This document shows, piece by piece, positions 7,648 to 12,343 of a DNA stretch of 12,343 bases; positions within the stretch are counted from its first letter, which is position 1; the number at the start of each line of letters is the position of its first letter. The notes beneath the pieces are model-generated. The model saw nothing but the letters and a program-made list of their open reading frames with translations. It had not been told where the DNA came from and searched no databases. This stretch comes from Promethearchaeota archaeon (GTDB taxonomy: Archaea > Asgardarchaeota > Lokiarchaeia > Sigyniarchaeales > SOKP01), in NCBI GenBank assembly GCA_048939015.1, contig JBHLPW010000099.1, forward strand, positions 1 to 12,343. The letters are read 5' to 3'. The position numbers were made by a program, and so were the translations under genes.

Positions 7648-7797
7648 ATGTCCCATGTTAGACGAAGACCAACCCCACAACGTGTATCTACCTTAAAAAA
7701 AAGACAAAGGAAAAAAAAAATTCTCGGTTTATTTCTTATGATAATACTATTTGTGAGTATTATACTATCGATTCTTTTTATAATCCTTTCAGCTTAA
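7648..7797 (+). CDS. Small 49-aa tail-anchored membrane protein (not in the ORF track)
   Basis: ATG 7648 to TAA 7797 translates to MSHVRRRPTPQRVSTLKKRQRKKKILGLFLMIILFVSIILSILFIILSA: strongly basic N-half plus one C-terminal hydrophobic helix. It fills the gap between two + strand genes. Confidence 0.65.
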   Translation: MSHVRRRPTPQRVSTLKKRQRKKKILGLFLMIILFVSIILSILFIILSA

Positions 7798-7871
7798 TCT
7801 ATGGTTAAATAATTAAATATATAATTCAAAATCCTTTACCTAATTCATCATTAAAAAAAGGGTAATTTAAA

Positions 7872-8594
7872 TTGGAACTGAAGAAAATTGATTATCTCTT
7901 TATCATTATAATTATTAGTTTAACAATTCTATCGTTAGATCTTTTAGTAAATGCATCTCATAGAGAAGCGATAGAAAATATTTCAATGTATCCACAATTT
8001 CAAGATTTAGGTTCTGGTCTTTTCATTACATTTATAGTTTGTATGATTGGAAATTTGCTTCCAGTCCCTACACCATATACTTTTGTAGTATGTTTTAGTG
8101 CTCAACCTTTTCGAGAATTGAACATTTTTATCCCTTTATTAGTTGGATTTATAGCTTCATTAGGATGTCTAGTTGGTGAGATGGGCGGGTACTTAGTTGG
8201 GAGAGGAACTTCTGAATTGATTTCAATAGAGAGAAGTGAAAATTTAAAACGTTATCAACAATACTTAGTAGATCATCCAAAAGTTGCTCCTTTTCTCATT
8301 TATCTTTTTGGAGTCACTCCACTAAATGATGATATGATAACTGTACCATTGGGCTTAATAAAATATGATATAAAAAAGACCGTTTTCTGGATATGGTTTG
8401 GGAAACTTGGATTAATGCTCATTTTCGCTTATAATTTACTTAATATTTGTATGTTTCTAGGAGGGGAAAATTGGATATTTAGTATAATCACACTATTTTT
8501 CACTGTAATTACAGTATATCTTATGTTAAGGGTAAATTTAGGGGAACTCTTTAAAAAAATTAAAAAAAAAAAGATAGATGTTGAAACTAGCTAA
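7872..8594 (+). CDS. DedA/VTT-domain (SNARE-associated Golgi protein family) membrane protein
   Basis: Multi-TM protein with GNLLPVPTPY, ASLGCLVGEMGGYLVGRG and FGVTPLNDDMITVPLGLIKY...GK motifs; TTG start. Confidence 0.85.
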   Translation: MELKKIDYLFIIIIISLTILSLDLLVNASHREAIENISMYPQFQDLGSGLFITFIVCMIGNLLPVPTPYTFVVCFSAQPFRELNIFIPLLVGFIASLGCLVGEMGGYLVGRGTSELISIERSENLKRYQQYLVDHPKVAPFLIYLFGVTPLNDDMITVPLGLIKYDIKKTVFWIWFGKLGLMLIFAYNLLNICMFLGGENWIFSIITLFFTVITVYLMLRVNLGELFKKIKKKKIDVETS

Positions 8595-8649
8595 ATTTCA
8601 AGATATGGTTATTTAGAAAAATTAATCAGATATGAATTTTTAGTTAAAA

Positions 8650-10176
8650 TCAGTTTTTATCTCGTATTTCAATACCATCAGGCAAAGTCACACTATCAAC
8701 CATTAATCCCTCGGCTTGCCGATAATCATCAAAAGACCTTTCAGCAACTTTTTTCATATAATTTTTCAATTCCTCCTCCATTTTGTTGTCCAAGTCATTT
8801 GGTTGATGATCTTTTAGAATTTGATCAACTTTTTCTCGTGCCATCTGGACTATATCTTTTCCACCTTTTTTAAGCCAAGTTGTTCTTCTTGCTCTATTCG
8901 CTAACCGAGGCATATACAGCTCAGATTTCATATGTTTTCGCGTATGATTTTCTGCGAGAAAATTAACACCTTTTACGTCACTCGTTGCTACTTTCTTTAT
9001 TACATCAACTGCTATAGTATCTTCATTAACCGTTATTCCTTCCATTGCTCTTTTAACCATACCTACTAAATCATCATCAATTACAAGTAGTTCTAAGGCT
9101 TCAACCAAAGTGGCCTCATATGTGCCCGCACAGGTGATGTAATTAACTCCTGCCTGAGCAGCTAACATAAGAGTTTGTAACCTTTCATATCCATTTTGTA
9201 AATCTAACACTTTTGAATCTGTTCCTGCACCGGGACCTCGTGAGGGAATGTTATAAAATCTAGCAAGTTGAGCAATACCTGCAGTAATTAAACCCATCTC
9301 CACAGAACCCATTGCAGAGTTTCCCGTTCTCATATCTGTGATGTGTGAGACCGTTCCAAAAAAGATTGGAGCTCCATGGTTAAGGACTTGAGATAGTACG
9401 GCACTTCCTACTATTTCCGCATTAGTTTGGGTTAATAATCCGGCTAAGGTAACTGGAGATGATGCTCCTGCTAAAGCTTCAGGAGCTATAATCGTTGGTT
9501 GTTTATATTTTGTGAAAACAGCAAATCCATTAGTCATTAATATAGGAAGGTGTAGAGGGCTAGTAGGATTCATAAAACCAACAAATCTTGGCTTTTTAAT
9601 AAGTTCCTCATCACCACCTACAATGATAGATGCCATGTTCATCATATCCTGTGAAGCTAATCTTCCTAGACATCCTAATCCATAAGGTTTTTTAGTATTT
9701 TTTACCCATTGATATATACATTCAGAATGAATAGTGATATATGAGATATCATTTGGCCACACATCAATATGACTGCAATTTATGTGTTCCAAACTATCAA
9801 CAATTTTTATCTGCTGAATTGTATCAGCGAGTACAGTCTTTCTTACACCTGTTCTTTTCGATTCATCCTTAATTTTAACCGGTGTCCCTATAGTAGCAAA
9901 TTGAGTGTTTTTGGTATTGACTTCAAAATTAAATTTCCCATCTGGACCATATAATTTAAATGAATCTGGAACTGTCTTTAGCTTGTCCTTTATCATAGAC
10001 TCGGGGAATTTTACAAAATCTGAATTCTCAGATACAATTGCTCCATTTTCTTTTAATAGATTTCGAGTCTCTTGAGCATCTATTTTAATTCCAACGTCTG
10101 AGAGTAATTGCATTGAAGCAGAATGAATTGCTTCAAGCTCATCATTGGAAAATACTTCTATTTTCTTTAATCTCAT
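8650..10176 (-). CDS. Non-pyrrolysine MttB-superfamily corrinoid-dependent methyltransferase (substrate unknown)
   Basis: IHSASMQLLSDVGI, NPTSPL, AGASSPVTLAGLLTQTNAE, GAPIFFG, DMRTG, QLARFYNIPSR, TDSKVLDLQNGYE, LVIDDDL, FLAENHTRKH. No in-frame TAG; the Pyl-equivalent site just before TDSK is Gly (GGA, 9223-9225). Confidence 0.93.
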   Translation of the reverse strand: MRLKKIEVFSNDELEAIHSASMQLLSDVGIKIDAQETRNLLKENGAIVSENSDFVKFPESMIKDKLKTVPDSFKLYGPDGKFNFEVNTKNTQFATIGTPVKIKDESKRTGVRKTVLADTIQQIKIVDSLEHINCSHIDVWPNDISYITIHSECIYQWVKNTKKPYGLGCLGRLASQDMMNMASIIVGGDEELIKKPRFVGFMNPTSPLHLPILMTNGFAVFTKYKQPTIIAPEALAGASSPVTLAGLLTQTNAEIVGSAVLSQVLNHGAPIFFGTVSHITDMRTGNSAMGSVEMGLITAGIAQLARFYNIPSRGPGAGTDSKVLDLQNGYERLQTLMLAAQAGVNYITCAGTYEATLVEALELLVIDDDLVGMVKRAMEGITVNEDTIAVDVIKKVATSDVKGVNFLAENHTRKHMKSELYMPRLANRARRTTWLKKGGKDIVQMAREKVDQILKDHQPNDLDNKMEEELKNYMKKVAERSFDDYRQAEGLMVDSVTLPDGIEIRDKN

Positions 10177-10186
10177 TTTTCCATCT

Positions 10187-10828
10187 CTATTTAACTAATT
10201 TTTTTATCAGTTTAACTGCTTCTATAGCATCATCTGCCCATCCATCTGCACCAATTTGATCAGCCCATTCCTCAGATGTAGGGGCACCACCAACAATTAC
10301 TTTATATTTTTCTCTTAACCCTCTATTTTTTAATTCATCTATAACTTGTCGTTGGAAATCCATAGACATGGTCAATAATGATGAAAGTCCAATCACATCA
10401 GCATTCACTTCTTCTGCCTTTTCTACAAATTTTGCAGCAGGAACTTCTACTCCCAAATTGAAAACTTCAAATCCATTTGAAAAAAGAAAACTCCCTACAA
10501 GGTCTTTTCCAATACTGTGCACATCACTTTCTACTGTACCTATAACCACTTTTCCGGCTGTTTCTTTACTTTGTCCAGATTCTTTAATTACAGGGTCTAA
10601 GATATCATCAATTGTATTTTTGACAACATTTGCAGAACCAACTAAATCTGGTAGGAATATCTCTTCTTCTTCAAATTGCTTACCTATGTATTGCATGACA
10701 GATCCAATTATTTTTAATAAATCAACTGCAGAGGCTTCATTTTTTTCTATTGCCGAACGACAGATCTCTTTTAAACCCTCTTCATCCCATTCTATAATCG
10801 CATCTTTAATACTTTCTTCAAGCGTCAT
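10187..10828 (-). CDS. Methyltransferase cognate corrinoid protein (MttC/MtbC-like)
   Basis: N-terminal cap (GKQFEEEEIFLPDLV), B12-binding motif GTVESDVHSIGKDLV (DxHxxG), GLSSLLT, VIVGGAP, IGADGWADDA. Ends 10 nt before the MttB start. Confidence 0.95.
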   Translation of the reverse strand: MTLEESIKDAIIEWDEEGLKEICRSAIEKNEASAVDLLKIIGSVMQYIGKQFEEEEIFLPDLVGSANVVKNTIDDILDPVIKESGQSKETAGKVVIGTVESDVHSIGKDLVGSFLFSNGFEVFNLGVEVPAAKFVEKAEEVNADVIGLSSLLTMSMDFQRQVIDELKNRGLREKYKVIVGGAPTSEEWADQIGADGWADDAIEAVKLIKKLVK

Positions 10829-10952
10829 TTTTTAATTGTTTGAAGTAATTATAATATTCATTTTTATAATTTCAAATATGTAAAAAACTTTATCTAAATA
10901 TTCAATATTGAAATGTTATGCCAGATATACTATATTAACTTAAAGAGAGAAT

Positions 10953-12239
10953 GTGAAACTTATGCCAGAAATAAAAAAAACTTTTCAGGAGATAAATAAA
11001 GAGAACCGAATTGAATGGGATAAATTAAATTTTGATACTCAACTGATCCGTGCTGGTGAAGATCCGTACCCTGAAACTTCACATAGTATACGAACGCCTA
11101 TTTATGCTACAAAATCATATACTTATTCTTCTTTTAGTGAATTATCGAAAAATCATTATCACTATTCAAGGATGGAGAATCCTACAGTTTATGCGTTAGA
11201 TTATAAATTAGCAACACTACATAAAGGAGAAAGTGCGATCTCTGTAGCATCTGGTATGGCTGCCGTTCATTTAGCATGCTCAAGTGTTTTACAGCAACGA
11301 GTAGAACGTATTCGACCAAATAAGCTCAAAAAATTAATTCTAGAATCAAAAGGTAAAGGGATTCCTAATATTATCATTCATATCAATCAATATGTTGATA
11401 TTTACCGAATTCTTACAAGATTATACCCTCAAATGGGATTTGAATGTAGAATAGCAAATCTCTGTGATTTATCAGAAGTAAAGAACAAAATTGATGAAAA
11501 TACGAAATTTATTTTTCTAGAATCACCAGTAAATCCTTCTATTGATATTGTAGATATAGAAGCTTGTGCGAATTTAATTCATGAAGTAAATGGTAAATGT
11601 ATCGTTGATAATACATTTGCATCTCCTGCTCTTCAGTGTCCTCTCGAATTAGGTGCAGATCTTGTTGTTGAAAGTCTTACTAAATATATCAATGGTCATG
11701 GAGATTGTTTAGGGGGAGCTATAATTGGTCCTAAGAATGATATTCAAGACATTCGGTTTTTTTGGCATTCAATGCAAGGTCCTGTATTAAGTCCTTTTAA
11801 TGCATGGCTAATTTTACGAGGAATTAAAACTCTAAATTTAAGAATGGAACGCCATTCCTCAAATGCAATGCAATTAGCTCAATTTTTAGAAAAACATCCT
11901 AAAGTTAGAAATGTTGTATATCCTGGATTAAAGTCTCATCCTGGTCATGAAATTGCTAAGAAACAGATGAAAGATTTTAGTGGAATGATTGGATTTGAAT
12001 TAGAAACGGTTGAAGCAAGTAACAAATTCATTGACCTGTTGAAATTAATTAAGGTTGGAGTTTCTTTAGGTGATTTAACTTCTCTTATTGAATATACATC
12101 TATTATGACAGGATTAGAGCTTGCACAATGGGAGTTAAAAGCTATGAAAACTTCAAAAACTCATTTTAGATTTTCTGTAGGATTAGAGGATCCAGAGGAT
12201 TTAAAAGCAGATCTTGAGCAAGCGCTAAATCAATTATAA
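10953..12239 (+). CDS. PLP-dependent Cys/Met-metabolism enzyme (methionine gamma-lyase / cystathionine gamma-synthase family), divergent; start may be the ATG at 10962
   Basis: YSRMENPT, ASGMAA, FLESPVNP, VDNTFASP, SLTKYINGHGD (PLP-Lys244), RGIKTLNLRMERH, VYPGL, GVSLG, FRFSVGLED. Confidence 0.93.
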   Translation: MKLMPEIKKTFQEINKENRIEWDKLNFDTQLIRAGEDPYPETSHSIRTPIYATKSYTYSSFSELSKNHYHYSRMENPTVYALDYKLATLHKGESAISVASGMAAVHLACSSVLQQRVERIRPNKLKKLILESKGKGIPNIIIHINQYVDIYRILTRLYPQMGFECRIANLCDLSEVKNKIDENTKFIFLESPVNPSIDIVDIEACANLIHEVNGKCIVDNTFASPALQCPLELGADLVVESLTKYINGHGDCLGGAIIGPKNDIQDIRFFWHSMQGPVLSPFNAWLILRGIKTLNLRMERHSSNAMQLAQFLEKHPKVRNVVYPGLKSHPGHEIAKKQMKDFSGMIGFELETVEASNKFIDLLKLIKVGVSLGDLTSLIEYTSIMTGLELAQWELKAMKTSKTHFRFSVGLEDPEDLKADLEQALNQL

Positions 12240-12297
12240 ATTCTTTAATTTAATGAATATTTATTGTAAAAAAAAAAAAAAAAGAAATTACATTATT

Positions 12298-12343
12298 ATG
12301 AAATTAAGTAAATTAAAAGTGTTAACAAGAGAAGAGATTGAAC
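12298..12343 (+). CDS. Partial CDS, probable N-terminus of a second MttB-superfamily methyltransferase
   Basis: ATG 12298 gives MKLSKLKVLTREEIE running off the window; it aligns without gaps to the start of the MttB at 10176 (MRLKKIEVFSNDELE). Only 15 codons are visible. Confidence 0.6.
   Translation, partial: MKLSKLKVLTREEIE

Noticed and set aside
9769-9954. 61-aa + strand ORF
   Set aside because: Antisense inside MttB.
8650-10176. Pyrrolysine-containing trimethylamine methyltransferase (mttB proper)
   Set aside because: No in-frame TAG and Gly at the equivalent site, so no gene symbol was assigned.
10368-10835. 155-aa + strand ORF
   Set aside because: Codon-register mirror of the corrinoid protein gene; Ser/Thr-rich shadow.
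12288-12343. 3' end of a convergent - strand gene (...SISSLVNTFNLLNFIIM*) with a poly-T terminator
   Set aside because: The + strand reading matches an MttB N-terminus and is the better explanation, though the window edge prevents certainty.

Overview
AT-rich archaeal window, very probably from an Asgard archaeon of the Lokiarchaeia/Promethearchaeota type. This is inferred from a gelsolin-domain gene, an IPGF-TM-basic C-terminal sorting tail and an archaeal tRNA with a bulge-helix-bulge (BHB) intron. Left to right: small membrane protein, SRPBCC/START-like protein, secreted and C-terminally anchored legumain-like C13 peptidase, GNAT acetyltransferase, TPR protein, DUF1847 protein, 8-oxoguanine glycosylase (OGG2 type), tRNA-Leu(CAG) with a 32-nt intron at position 21/22, gelsolin-domain protein, an unlisted 49-aa tail-anchored protein and a DedA/VTT membrane protein. 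The window ends in a divergent cluster: non-pyrrolysine MttB + corrinoid protein (-) opposite an atypical PLP gamma-lyase + the start of a probable second MttB (+). That cluster is the best candidate for an undescribed system (lyase-coupled corrinoid methyl transfer). Other oddities: the TPR frame is open right up to the in-frame UGA of DUF1847 with no ATG/GTG/TTG for 73 codons, and a diverged copy of the ogg 3' end lies just downstream of ogg. No mobile element or CRISPR array was seen. All family calls are from motif recognition by eye; no database search was run.
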